Source of the DNA: an uncultured Elusimicrobia bacterium
Lineage (GTDB): Bacteria; Elusimicrobiota; Elusimicrobia; 2-01-FULL-59-12
Reading direction: 5' to 3'
DNA: 64,000 nucleotides
NCBI GenBank assembly: GCA_963702895.1
Contig: OY969767.1
Location: forward strand, 128,001 to 192,000
Shown one piece after another: positions 30,700-39,929 of this stretch. Numbering within the stretch: position 1 is the first letter of the stretch; the number at the start of each line of letters is the position of its first letter. A model generated the notes under the pieces. That model saw only the letters and a program-made list of their open reading frames with translations, did not search any database and had not been told where the DNA came from. Both the position numbers and the translations under genes were made by a program.

Positions 30700-31314
30700 A
30701 TGAATCATTCATGGAGAACTCTTGGGGTTGTGATGGTCTTGACTGCGGTATCCGTGGTGTCTGTCCGGGCCGAAATCGCGATCGGCAAACCGGCGCCTGA
30801 TTTTACGGCCAGAGGGAGTGACGGGAAGTCCTATCAGCTGGCTGACTTGAAGGGGAAGTTCGTGGTCCTGCAGTGGTACAACCGGGATTGTCCCTTTATC
30901 GTGAAGCACTACGAACCGGGGAATATGCAGATGCTCCAGGGGAAGTACGCCAAGCTAGGCGTGATTTGGTTTGAAGTTGTCTCCAGCGCACCGGACAAAC
31001 AGGGGTATTTGACAGCGCAGGAAGCCCAGAAAAACCGCGCGCAGGTGGGTTCCAAGGCCCTTGCAACGCTCCTGGATCCGGAAGGCGAAATCGGTCGTCT
31101 TTTCAAGGCGAAAACGACGCCGCATATGTTCATCATCGACCCCAAGGGGATCCTCATCTACAACGGGGCGATCGATGACCACAACTCCGTCTCTTCCGAT
31201 GATATCCCGATGTCCAAAAATTATGTCGCGGCGGCCCTCGATGAGGCGCTCGCGGGCAAACCCGTCACGACGCCGTTCACCAAGCCCTACGGCTGCAGCG
31301 TCAAGTACAAATAA
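30700..31314 (+). CDS. Exported redoxin (AhpC/TSA thioredoxin-like)
   Basis: APDFT, WYNRDCPF, TTPHMF, YNGAID, GCSVKY; GGAGG RBS. Confidence 0.88.
   Translation: MNHSWRTLGVVMVLTAVSVVSVRAEIAIGKPAPDFTARGSDGKSYQLADLKGKFVVLQWYNRDCPFIVKHYEPGNMQMLQGKYAKLGVIWFEVVSSAPDKQGYLTAQEAQKNRAQVGSKALATLLDPEGEIGRLFKAKTTPHMFIIDPKGILIYNGAIDDHNSVSSDDIPMSKNYVAAALDEALAGKPVTTPFTKPYGCSVKYK
31225..31314 (+). repeat. 90-bp direct repeat, copy 1 (3' end of the redoxin gene)
   Basis: Matches 35057-35145 with 4 substitutions and 1 indel. Confidence 0.92.
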
Positions 31315-31326
31315 TTACGGCAAACA

Positions 31327-31394
31327 TCGTGAATCGTAAATCGTGAATGGTAAATTGTCCAAACCCTTCACTATTTAGAATTCACCATTCACGA
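31327..31394. repeat. Inverted heptamer tandem repeats
   Basis: TCGTGAA TCGTAAA TCGTGAA TGGTAAA facing TTCACTA TTTAGAA TTCACCA TTCACGA. Confidence 0.7.
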
Positions 31395-31446
31395 AGTTTG
31401 CCGTTCTTGGCTCGTTGGGTCAGGCACCCGCTCCTCTTCTCTGTGC

Positions 31447-31533
31447 GAGCGCCGGGCGGCTACCAAGATCAAGGTGCGTGTCACGCGCGCCGAAATGGGA
31501 AACTTTGGCGATCATCGGACCGTTGGCCCTTAA
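31447..31533 (+). pseudogene. Remnant of a RelE/HigB-type addiction-module toxin
   Basis: Hand translation ERRAATKIKVRVTRAEMGNFGDHRTVGP*, resembling the family's R..R...GNFGD...VG motif. Confidence 0.55.
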
Positions 31534-31673
31534 GCCGATGCCGCAGGCGGCTTAGACTGGGTGTCGCTTCGACTTGTCGAGCCGGTAAGTAATCCGATCC
31601 GTTCGCATTTTCCAAAAATTGCTTTCCGCACGACTCGCATCTGCTTTACAAGTCGATTTCGATAGGTCAAACA

Positions 31674-31707
31674 CAGCCTGGCAGCTCGTCGGCCCCGGTT
31701 CCACTCC
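31674..31707 (+). pseudogene. tRNA-fMet-like remnant
   Basis: CAGCCTGGCAGCTCGTCGG matches the initiator-tRNA D-arm region at 18/19; followed by a T-arm-like GGTTCCACTCC. Confidence 0.45.
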
Positions 31708-31875
31708 TTATTTATTTTCCGTCGGAGTTTGCCCTCTTTAGCTGCTTCTGATTTGCCCGTTTCGCTGTAGTTAGCCCTTCCTTGCTATATCGAGTTGTGG
31801 ACCCGATCAGAGATCCGATCACTAGAAGTTCCCCTGAGGTTGATGATGCTGTAGCGCCGTCATATACTGGTGATC

Positions 31876-32325
31876 ATGCGCCTGATTCTGAACATATTCT
31901 GGTTTGTCTTGGGCGGTTTCATGATGGGTCTCGGTTGGTGGCTTGCCGGAATCCTGATGGCCATCTCGATCATCGGTATCCCATGGTCGCGTTCCTGCTT
32001 CGTGTTCGGCCAATTTTGTTTTTGGCCGTTCGGTCGCGAAGCGATTGATCGCCAAGAACTAACGGGAGAGTCCGACATCGGCACCGGCGCGGCAGGGTTC
32101 ATCGGCAACGTAATCTGGTTCTTCGCGTGCGGTTTCTGGCTCTGCCTCGGGCACCTTTCAGCCGCCCTAGCGCACGCAGTCACGATCATAGGCATCCCAT
32201 TCGCTATTCAACACTTTAAGCTTGCCCTGTGCGCCCTCGCCCCGATCGGAAAGACAATTGTCACACGGGAGGAAGCAGCGGCCGCGCGAGAATACAACGA
32301 AGCCAGCGAAGAGTCTGATACCTAA
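31876..32325 (+). CDS. YccF-domain inner membrane protein
   Basis: Two repeats of N(I/V)xWF..G / IIGIP.....WP(F/I)G. Confidence 0.9.
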   Translation: MRLILNIFWFVLGGFMMGLGWWLAGILMAISIIGIPWSRSCFVFGQFCFWPFGREAIDRQELTGESDIGTGAAGFIGNVIWFFACGFWLCLGHLSAALAHAVTIIGIPFAIQHFKLALCALAPIGKTIVTREEAAAAREYNEASEESDT

Positions 32326-32362
32326 AACGGGCGCCAAGTTCCCCGATTTATGAGGAAATGGA

Positions 32363-33430
32363 TTGATGGATCCGAGATTTGTTGACCCAATAAATTGCAA
32401 TGCTCTCTTGCCGAATATCGGCAACCTCCCCTTCGTCGCCCAATTAGAACACTGCCTCTGCGAGCTTAACGATAATCACCTTAGGCATCTCGGATTCTTT
32501 CATAAGCTCTTACAACAGAACTCCCAATCTATCAACTCGCCGTTGTCGTCAGATCGATTTACTTGGACACAACTTAATATCGTCCAAGTCGCCTACGTAG
32601 CCACCCGTGAAATTAATACGCAAGCAGTCGAGTTCCCTTATCCAAACCCTATCAGTTTGCACATTGGACTCGAACTGAACAACGATTTGTCTTGGAAAGT
32701 AATAGTGCCACTTCAATACCTTCTTAAAGGATGGGGCGACGCAAATAAAGGGCACCAAGGATATGTTCATTCGATAACACGTAAAGTCCCACGTCATGAG
32801 ACGCCCGATCAGTTATTTGAACGACAAGTGAAGGATCAAGACAGCTACTACTATGTTGGAATAACAGGTCGGAATTGGTTGCAGCGATTAAACGAGCACG
32901 TCGGCGAAATGCATCGTGGTTCTCGAAAGAACTTTCATAAAGCTTGGCGGGAAAGTTTAGGCATGCAGAACGTACAGATTATTTCCGCGTTGAGAACCGT
33001 AAACATGAGCTTCGATGAGGCGATGAATTGGGAGGAACAGGAAGTAGATAGAATTTCAAGCGATCAGTACGGCCTAAATATGATCCCAGGTGGATTTAAG
33101 GGGCTGAAGAAGCTACATGAGCTCGGAATCACCAGTTGCGTGCGAATTTCATTGGATGAAAGAGAACGGGCGATTGAAGAGTTCATACGACGAAACCCTA
33201 GGAAAGGAATTCCCAATCCATTTATGAAAGCACTTTGGGAAAATGATGACCACTACCTAAAAGTGATCGGTTCTCGTGAAAAGACTCTGACCCCAGATCA
33301 AGTAAGGAGCATCAGAGCACTTCATCAATCTGGCAGTTCTGTAGAGGAGATTACAGAAAAAGTCGGTGCATTACATGAGAAACAGGTGAAAGATGTGTTA
33401 GCAAACAGGACTTACATCCGTATTCATTAG
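32363..33430 (+). CDS. AT-rich protein with a GIY-YIG-like nuclease domain and C-terminal HTH-like region
   Basis: GYVH..YYVGITGRNWLQRLNEH..EAMNWEEQ..YGLNMIPGG; LTPDQVRSIRAL..GSSVEEITEK. Confidence 0.6.
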   Translation: MMDPRFVDPINCNALLPNIGNLPFVAQLEHCLCELNDNHLRHLGFFHKLLQQNSQSINSPLSSDRFTWTQLNIVQVAYVATREINTQAVEFPYPNPISLHIGLELNNDLSWKVIVPLQYLLKGWGDANKGHQGYVHSITRKVPRHETPDQLFERQVKDQDSYYYVGITGRNWLQRLNEHVGEMHRGSRKNFHKAWRESLGMQNVQIISALRTVNMSFDEAMNWEEQEVDRISSDQYGLNMIPGGFKGLKKLHELGITSCVRISLDERERAIEEFIRRNPRKGIPNPFMKALWENDDHYLKVIGSREKTLTPDQVRSIRALHQSGSSVEEITEKVGALHEKQVKDVLANRTYIRIH

Positions 33431-33579
33431 TCGGGTGCTTGAAACTTGTTATACGTAACCAATGGCTCCCTTCCTCGCAGTTCCACACTGTAGAGCCGAT
33501 CAGCTTTCCGATCAGCATCCAAAATCACCCCTCCGGACTAATTCACCGATCAGGGCGTCATCCCGCGCTATAATGGCTT

Positions 33580-33675
33580 CGCGGGGTGGAGCAGCCCGCC
33601 TCCGCCAAGGCTTCGGCGGGTGAACCTGGTATCCCCGTCCGCCGAACCCCGCAGGGCGAAGGAGGATCGTCGGGC
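33580..33675 (+). pseudogene. 5' half of tRNA-fMet interrupted by two hairpin inserts
   Basis: CGCGGGGTGGAGCAGCC[..]CCTGGTA[..]TCGTCGGGC; TATAAT at 33569-33574; no 3' half follows. Confidence 0.65.
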
Positions 33676-33865
33676 AAGATTCACAATCCTATCTACATTT
33701 AGACCTGTTACGTTCTTCTAAGTCCTCTATATTTTCGCCATTTTGTCTTTCTTAGCCCTCCTTCGCTGGATCAAGTTGTAGAGCCGATCAGTCTTCCGAT
33801 CATTACCATGAGCCAAATAAGACTGGAATATAGCTCATAAAACAGCTATTATTTGAGCTATAAGA

Positions 33866-35002
33866 ATGGATCCTATCGCTCACACAAAATGGAACTGGCA
33901 ACAACCGGATTGGCCGGACTTCCGCTACGATGCTCGCCGCCTCGAGCAGCAGGAGTCCGCGTTTTTGAATCACGGTGGGATTCTTGTGGGGACGATCAAG
34001 CACCTGAACACAGCGGACCGCGATCAATTGCGGATTGAATTAATGAGCAATGAGGCTGTGCAGACTTCAGCCATTGAAGGAGAGATCCTTGATCGCGATA
34101 GCGTTCAATCCTCCCTTCGGCGGCAGTTTGGCCTAAAAACGGACGATCGCCGGATACCGCCCGCTGAACAAGGCATCGCCGCGATGATGATCGATCTCTA
34201 TCGATCCTTTGCGGAAACGCTGACCCATGAAACGATGTTCCGCTGGCACCGCCTGCTGACGAATGGACGCCAGGATCTCAGAGATATTGGCCAATACCGA
34301 ACACATCCCGAACCGATGGTCATTGTCTCCGGCCGATACGATGAGCCGAAGATTCATTTTGAAGCGCCGCCGTCAACAGAGGTTCCGAAAGAGATGGGCC
34401 GCTATGTCCATTGGTTTAATGGCAGTGCCTCGGGCGGACCCGGTGCCCTTCCCGCTCTGACCCGCGCCGGCATCGCGCATCTGTATTTCGTCTCCATCCA
34501 TCCGTTTGAAGATGGCAATGGACGGATCAGCCGCGCTCTGGCGGAAAAGGTTTTAGCTCAGAGTCTCGGTTTACCAACATTAATTGCGCTCTCAGACACG
34601 ATCGAACGCCGGCGCAAGGACTATTACCGTGCCCTCGAAGACGCCAATCGTGATAACAGCATCGATCCTTGGCTCACGTGGTTTGCCACAACCGTCATCG
34701 ATGCTCAGCGTTCGACGCAGGTGCGAGCAGAATTTGTGATCGAAAAAACGAAGCTGCTGGACCGCCTGAGAGGTCAGTTGAACCCGCGACAGGAAAAAGT
34801 CCTTTTGCGGATGTTCCAGGAGGGGCCGGAAGGCTTTAAGGGCGGCATGAGTGCCGACAAGTACCTCCGCATTGCGCCGACCTCACGCGCCACCGCGACC
34901 CGCGACCTGCAGGACCTCGTCGAAAAAGGTGCGCTCACTCGCAAAGGCGAACGCAAGCACACTCGCTACTTCCTTGCGGGAGATCCCAGCTCAAAGATGT
35001 AA
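33866..35002 (+). CDS. Fic family protein (DUF4172-type N-terminus, wHTH C-terminus)
   Basis: HPFEDGNGRISR Fic motif; TSAIEG inhibitory-type motif; WNWQQPDWP start. Confidence 0.93.
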   Translation: MDPIAHTKWNWQQPDWPDFRYDARRLEQQESAFLNHGGILVGTIKHLNTADRDQLRIELMSNEAVQTSAIEGEILDRDSVQSSLRRQFGLKTDDRRIPPAEQGIAAMMIDLYRSFAETLTHETMFRWHRLLTNGRQDLRDIGQYRTHPEPMVIVSGRYDEPKIHFEAPPSTEVPKEMGRYVHWFNGSASGGPGALPALTRAGIAHLYFVSIHPFEDGNGRISRALAEKVLAQSLGLPTLIALSDTIERRRKDYYRALEDANRDNSIDPWLTWFATTVIDAQRSTQVRAEFVIEKTKLLDRLRGQLNPRQEKVLLRMFQEGPEGFKGGMSADKYLRIAPTSRATATRDLQDLVEKGALTRKGERKHTRYFLAGDPSSKM

Positions 35003-35056
35003 TCTCCAGCACACCGTGGCCTCGTACGCCAACACCATCGCGGTCTATTTTCGAGG

Positions 35057-35145
35057 GTCGCGGCGGCCCTCGATGAGGCGCTCGCGGGCGAACCCGTCAC
35101 GACGCCGTTCACGAACCCTACGGCTGCAGCGTCAAGTATCAATAA
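35057..35145 (+). repeat. Direct repeat, copy 2 (displaced redoxin 3' end, frameshifted)
   Basis: Matches 31225-31314. Confidence 0.92.
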
Positions 35146-35221
35146 GGAGATCAGCGGCTCAAGCGCCGGCGTCCGGTGAGCGTCGTCCTGTGGCCGGCCC
35201 GTAGGGCGCGGTCCTCTCGTG

Positions 35222-37297
35222 TTACTCCACGGTGAGCGTATTGTTTTGGAGTTGGATCCGGGAGAGGAGAATACGTCCGGGGAAACTGGGCTGGGGGTCA
35301 AACCAAAGCCTTTGACGGGAGGCCTTTCCGAGCACCCACCCCGGCAGTGGGACGCCCGCGAGGCGCACGCTTTTCAGGGTGGCCTTGAGATGGGGATGCG
35401 GGCCGGCGAGGACCAGCTCAAGGCGCACAGCCGCCTGGAGGGAGAGTCCATGCCACCGGGCTCTGGCGATCACCTGTCCGTTTTGAAATTCCACCCGAAC
35501 TGCTTCGATGCCTTTGATCGTGCTCAGCCGTGTCTCGAGCGCCTCGGCCGGCAGCTCGAGCGATGCCCCGATGGAATCCAAGGCCATGAGTCCTAAGCGG
35601 TCCTCGTCCCACAAGCGGTAAAGATTCAACCAGGGCTTGAAGAGGACCACGCGAAGGCGGGGGACCTTCACTCCTTCTACGACACAATCCGAACACGACG
35701 CCGTGAGCCGGCTCAAGCGCCCTTCGCGCAATCCCTGGGACGACGCTTGAACGGAAACCTCGATCGGGCCTTGAACCCAACGTTGGAGTGTATGGGCAAG
35801 ACGCTTGGAGACCGACTCGGTTGTGAGGGGGGAAACCTGAAAGACCGGGTGAGGGGCTCGCTGATAAAGGCGTACCGTGCTCTGGTCTGGCAATGAATAG
35901 GTGGTCCGCAAGGGGTAGACCTCTTGAAAAGCCCGCGTTTCTGGCTCCACGTCACGCCACTCCGCCGACAACTGATGTCTTTCGGAGCCCTGATCGCCTT
36001 CCCGGTGGATCAGGTATTCCACAAAACTCGCGTCGCCATCTCCGGAACGTGTCGTTTTCAATGAATAACCTTGGCCGCGCAGGGTCCACCTCAGGGTTCT
36101 GGCAAAGAACCGAGGGTGATGTGAAATGACGCTGGCGATCACCATCGGTTGCGAGGTGTCATGATGATCTTCCAGATAGCGGCCAATCTCGGTGATGCGC
36201 CAGTTCTCTTTGGCAGGACGATCGTAGGTCCATAACGTGTAACCGAAAAGGATACTGACGGAGGCCCAGAGGAAATAAGGTCGCCACGCGCGCGGCATGC
36301 GCTCGTTCCAGCCGCGCGCGGCGAGGAACGCGATAGCCGGCAAGCCGGGCAGGATGTGCCGTGGATCTTTATTCATCATGGCGCTCAGAATGATGAAACT
36401 GGAGACAAACCAGACCCACAAAAGCCCGTCGCTTTGCCGGCTCGGCAGGCGCTGGAGGGCCTTCGCGGCAAACAGAAGACCAAGCCCGGTGAAGAGGGTC
36501 TGCGGGATTCCCAACTGTTCGGGCCACACCCGAAGATAAAAAGACGCGCCGGCGATCGTCCGGGGGTCCACTCCGGCGCCGGTCACTTCACCGATCAGGC
36601 CGAAGGCCTTGCTCAGGAAGGCGGCGCTGTTCCACCCATACCAGGACCCTCCCACAACGGCGGCAAGGAGTATCCCGAGGCCCGCGTTCTTATACCGAGA
36701 GGCTTCCCTCCCTCGAGAGAGCGTCCAGATCACCGGAACCAGGAAGAATATCACGAAGGAAAATTTGATGAGCGCCGCCAGTGCCAGGGCGAGGCCCCAT
36801 GCGAGGCTGGCGCGGCGCAGAGAAAACTCACGGGTCCTGGCCAGTAATCCCATGGCCAAGGTGACGCAGGCCATGAGCGGAAAATCCGTCAGAGAGCGTC
36901 GCGAGGCCCATAGCACGTAGCTATACCCCAACGTCAGAACAGCCGCGGCCAAGCTTTCGTCATCGGGCCTCCCCTGCGCCCTGCCCAAGAGCAGGACACC
37001 GTAAAGAAAAAGAAGCAGATAGAACGCGTGTGCCATGACCGCCTTCGATTCCGTGGGCCATCCGATGCTCATGAAGGGGAAGATGGAGAAGTGATACAGC
37101 GGCGGGTAAACCGAGGCCCAGGGGTTCTGCAGCGGGTTGTCCCGGAGGACCCAGTCGTGATAGTCCATGGCGAGTTGCATGTGCTTGGTCTCGTCCATCG
37201 AAGAGGGGCGGTCCTGGAGGCCGTGCCAACCCACGATGGTGCTCATGAAGAAGAACGCGATGAGACCCATTTTTGTGACGGACGATCGGTCGAGCAT
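35222..37297 (-). CDS. ArnT/PMT-like (GT-C) membrane glycosyltransferase with a C-terminal DUF2993/LmeA-like domain
   Basis: DETKH, YPPLY, multiple TM helices, KDPRH; TATAAT 6 nt before ATG 37297. Confidence 0.75.
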   Translation of the reverse strand: MLDRSSVTKMGLIAFFFMSTIVGWHGLQDRPSSMDETKHMQLAMDYHDWVLRDNPLQNPWASVYPPLYHFSIFPFMSIGWPTESKAVMAHAFYLLLFLYGVLLLGRAQGRPDDESLAAAVLTLGYSYVLWASRRSLTDFPLMACVTLAMGLLARTREFSLRRASLAWGLALALAALIKFSFVIFFLVPVIWTLSRGREASRYKNAGLGILLAAVVGGSWYGWNSAAFLSKAFGLIGEVTGAGVDPRTIAGASFYLRVWPEQLGIPQTLFTGLGLLFAAKALQRLPSRQSDGLLWVWFVSSFIILSAMMNKDPRHILPGLPAIAFLAARGWNERMPRAWRPYFLWASVSILFGYTLWTYDRPAKENWRITEIGRYLEDHHDTSQPMVIASVISHHPRFFARTLRWTLRGQGYSLKTTRSGDGDASFVEYLIHREGDQGSERHQLSAEWRDVEPETRAFQEVYPLRTTYSLPDQSTVRLYQRAPHPVFQVSPLTTESVSKRLAHTLQRWVQGPIEVSVQASSQGLREGRLSRLTASCSDCVVEGVKVPRLRVVLFKPWLNLYRLWDEDRLGLMALDSIGASLELPAEALETRLSTIKGIEAVRVEFQNGQVIARARWHGLSLQAAVRLELVLAGPHPHLKATLKSVRLAGVPLPGWVLGKASRQRLWFDPQPSFPGRILLSRIQLQNNTLTVE

Positions 37298-37351
37298 GGG
37301 GCGATTATACACGAGGAGCTTGAAGCGTCCGGTCCAAGACGCCCAGACGCA

Positions 37352-37972
37352 TCAACGCGATGGGCCCGTTGGACGAGGAGCGAGGTCCTCTTTTTCGGCG
37401 AGGAGGCTGTCCAGCAGAACCGTGATCTCATGCTTATCCCAGCGGAAGGCGCCTGAGCGGCTCAGCGCCACTTTCCCAAATCGCGAGACAATGAACGTCG
37501 ACGGCAGGCCCGTGACGCGGAAGGAAGGGGGGGCTTGCAGGACCGTGTAGATGGGAAGTTCAATCTTACGCTTTTGAATAAAGCGCTGAACGACTCTGGG
37601 GTCTTCGTTGGTGAGACAGAGGAACATCACGTCGGTGTCGCGGTAGCGCTCATAGAGCTTTTCGATACTCGGAAGTTCCATCCGGCAGGGCGAACACCAG
37701 GTGGCCCAAAAATTCAGGAAAAGGACCTTTCCTTTGAGAGTCGAGAGCGGAAAGGTTTGGCGGCCGTCCAGTGACTGAACAGACCACGCGTCCTCGATAG
37801 GAGTGCCTGGCTCGAGGGGTGTGAGCTCCCGGCGCGCGCGCTCCGCGCGCGCCTGAAGGATCGCGGGCAAACGCGTTTTCATCAGATGATAAGCCCCCCA
37901 GGCGATGAGGCCCAGGACGAGCACGACCAAGAAGTCGGAGAGAAAATCTTTTCGCGAATAATCGATCGCCAT
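37352..37972 (-). CDS. TlpA/ResA family thiol-disulfide oxidoreductase
   Basis: LNFWATWCSPCRME, GLPSTF; N-terminal TM helix. Confidence 0.92.
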   Translation of the reverse strand: MAIDYSRKDFLSDFLVVLVLGLIAWGAYHLMKTRLPAILQARAERARRELTPLEPGTPIEDAWSVQSLDGRQTFPLSTLKGKVLFLNFWATWCSPCRMELPSIEKLYERYRDTDVMFLCLTNEDPRVVQRFIQKRKIELPIYTVLQAPPSFRVTGLPSTFIVSRFGKVALSRSGAFRWDKHEITVLLDSLLAEKEDLAPRPTGPSR

Positions 37973-38091
37973 ACCCGCGCACTATAGAAAATACCGGAGT
38001 CCCTGCAAATAGTTTAAGGATGGCGGGGTGATGCGTATCGTGGGATTCTGCAGGACCCGTTGTGCCAGGCGCCAGCTCCTACGAACAGCCT

Positions 38092-38173
38092 GTCATCCCG
38101 GCGCGACCCTAGCCGGGATCCATCTTCTTGAGTGTCTTCTTGATAGACCCCGGCTTACTACCGCCGGGGTGAC
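38092..38173. repeat. REP-B doublet
   Basis: GTCATCCCGG..CCGGGATCCAT..ATAGACCCCGG..CCGGGGTGAC. Confidence 0.9.
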
Positions 38174-38221
38174 GTCTTGACTGAATTCTTCGGTTCGGCC
38201 GTCTTCCCGGAAGGTCGCCTT

Positions 38222-39055
38222 CTACCAGGATTTTGCTTTCTCTAAGATATAGACAGGGACGTTATGGCGGTTGAAGCGCGCTTCCTCGTATTTGTCTTTG
38301 ACGGCCAGGTCGATCCGCAAGCCCTTGATCGCGCTTCCCGTGTCGGACGCATACGAATACCCATACCCCTGCACGTAGAGCCTTGTCCGTAAGGGAATCA
38401 CCTTCGGATCCACCGCCACAAGACCGCGTTGTAATTTGTGGCCTAAAAAGGTGGTGTCGCTGGGTACCGTTTTTTCTCCTACGTAATAGCCTGTCGCTCG
38501 CATGTGAAGGACTTTTGAACGAAGGAGATCATACTCCCGCACGGGTCTGCCAGCACGGCTTAGAAGCGTCAGCTTGTAGAAAGGAAGACGTGTCTTCTTG
38601 GTCTGTACGACCGCTCGTTTGACCTCCACACCGTCATAGGCGATGACTTCGATCTGGGACTTTTCCACGGGGGCATAGCCGCGTTGGACAAGAACGCGCC
38701 GGAGATTCTGTCTGTTTCGGACCTGCCACCTGACGATCGGTGTGCCGGTTGAGATTTCCACCACTTGACGACGTTCGACGCGCGTGACTTTCGCGGCGGT
38801 CTTGGAATCAATCCTCGTTTCCAGTGACGGGATGGTGAAGTCATCGGGCCCTAGAGGAATACGTTCTTCCTCTAAAAATTCCCTGAGGGTGTGGGCCTTG
38901 GTGAAGATGCGGCGCGTCTTGCCATCGGCGGTCAAACGAACGCTGTTGGCGCGCCAGTAATAAAGGCTTCCGGCGGACAAAAAGAGGAGCGTCGCCAAAG
39001 CGCCGACGATATAAGGGTGTCTGGGGTGGCTAAAGTCTGAAGAGAGCTTTGGCAT
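38222..39055 (-). CDS. YabE-like protein (ubiquitin-like DUF348, G5-like, 3D domain)
   Basis: VAVDPKVIPL, ASDTGSAIKGLRIDL (3D domain); follows tatD. Confidence 0.82.
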   Translation of the reverse strand: MPKLSSDFSHPRHPYIVGALATLLFLSAGSLYYWRANSVRLTADGKTRRIFTKAHTLREFLEEERIPLGPDDFTIPSLETRIDSKTAAKVTRVERRQVVEISTGTPIVRWQVRNRQNLRRVLVQRGYAPVEKSQIEVIAYDGVEVKRAVVQTKKTRLPFYKLTLLSRAGRPVREYDLLRSKVLHMRATGYYVGEKTVPSDTTFLGHKLQRGLVAVDPKVIPLRTRLYVQGYGYSYASDTGSAIKGLRIDLAVKDKYEEARFNRHNVPVYILEKAKSW

Positions 39056-39890
39056 TGGCGGTCGTCTGGCGCGCGACTTCCTCCGTGGTCTTATGCTGGA
39101 GCGCGCCTACGGCTTCTGCGATGATGGGGATATAGGCGGGCTCATTTCGCTGGCCGCGAAAGAGCTGTGGAGCCAGATAGGGGGCATCCGTTTCCAGGAT
39201 TAAAGATTCCAAGGGGAGCCGTGCGACATGGCCCTGGAGCGGCTTGCTGTTGGGGTAGGTGACGGGACCGTCAATGCCAAGAAGAAAACCATGTCCCATA
39301 TACGTTTGCGCGTCTTGCCAGGTTCCCGAAAAGCAGTGGATGGTCCCCTGGGGCTTGGCCGCCGATGGGGTGTCGGGGGCGTTAGGGTAGCGTTCCCGCA
39401 GTTTCTTTTGGATATCGGCATGGGCCCCGCCTCCAGTCTCTTGAGGCCGCGGGACCGAGCTTCCAGGTGAGGCGTGTCGCTCAGCCTCTCGGCAGTGAAT
39501 GACCGCCGGTTTGCCGACCTCCCTGGCCAGGTCCAGCTGCTGAGAAAAAAGATAATCCTGTTGTTCCTTGCTGTTCTGCATCCGGAAATAGTCCAGCCCG
39601 AACTCTCCCACCGCGACCACTTTGGGCCTTTTCAGGTACTCCCTGAGGCGGCGAGAGAGACCGGGCCACTCACGGGGTCCGGCTTGGTGGGCATGATGGG
39701 GGTGAATGCCGAGACTTGCGAACACGCCCGGTTTCTTTTCCGCCAAGTCGACCGCCGCCTCCCACATGTCCGGCGATTCCGCGATCTCGACCAGGATTGT
39801 GACGCCCGCTTGCAGAGCCCGACCGATCGCGGCTTCGCGATCGGCATCAAACTGCGTGTCGGCCAGATGGCAATGGGTGTCGGTGAACAT
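39030..39890 (-). CDS. tatD: TatD family nuclease
   Basis: DTHCHL, GIHPH, GEFGLDY, HCFSG, ETDAPY. Confidence 0.95.
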   Translation of the reverse strand: MFTDTHCHLADTQFDADREAAIGRALQAGVTILVEIAESPDMWEAAVDLAEKKPGVFASLGIHPHHAHQAGPREWPGLSRRLREYLKRPKVVAVGEFGLDYFRMQNSKEQQDYLFSQQLDLAREVGKPAVIHCREAERHASPGSSVPRPQETGGGAHADIQKKLRERYPNAPDTPSAAKPQGTIHCFSGTWQDAQTYMGHGFLLGIDGPVTYPNSKPLQGHVARLPLESLILETDAPYLAPQLFRGQRNEPAYIPIIAEAVGALQHKTTEEVARQTTANAKALFRL

Positions 39891-39929
39891 TAGGATCGCG
39901 AAGCTGAATGCTGGAGGGAAGCTTCAGCT

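Larger units (their letters stand above)
31315..35056. mobile_element. Integrase-less genomic islet
   Basis: Bounded by the direct repeat; partly AT-richer than its flanks; accessory genes and gene remnants. Confidence 0.65.

Noticed and set aside
33580..33675. Functional or intron-containing tRNA-fMet
   Set aside because: No anticodon, 3' half or recognisable group I intron core follows; D-arm disrupted
31225..35145. Direct repeat pair as a DGR template/variable repeat
   Set aside because: Differences are not adenine-specific, include an indel, and no reverse transcriptase is present
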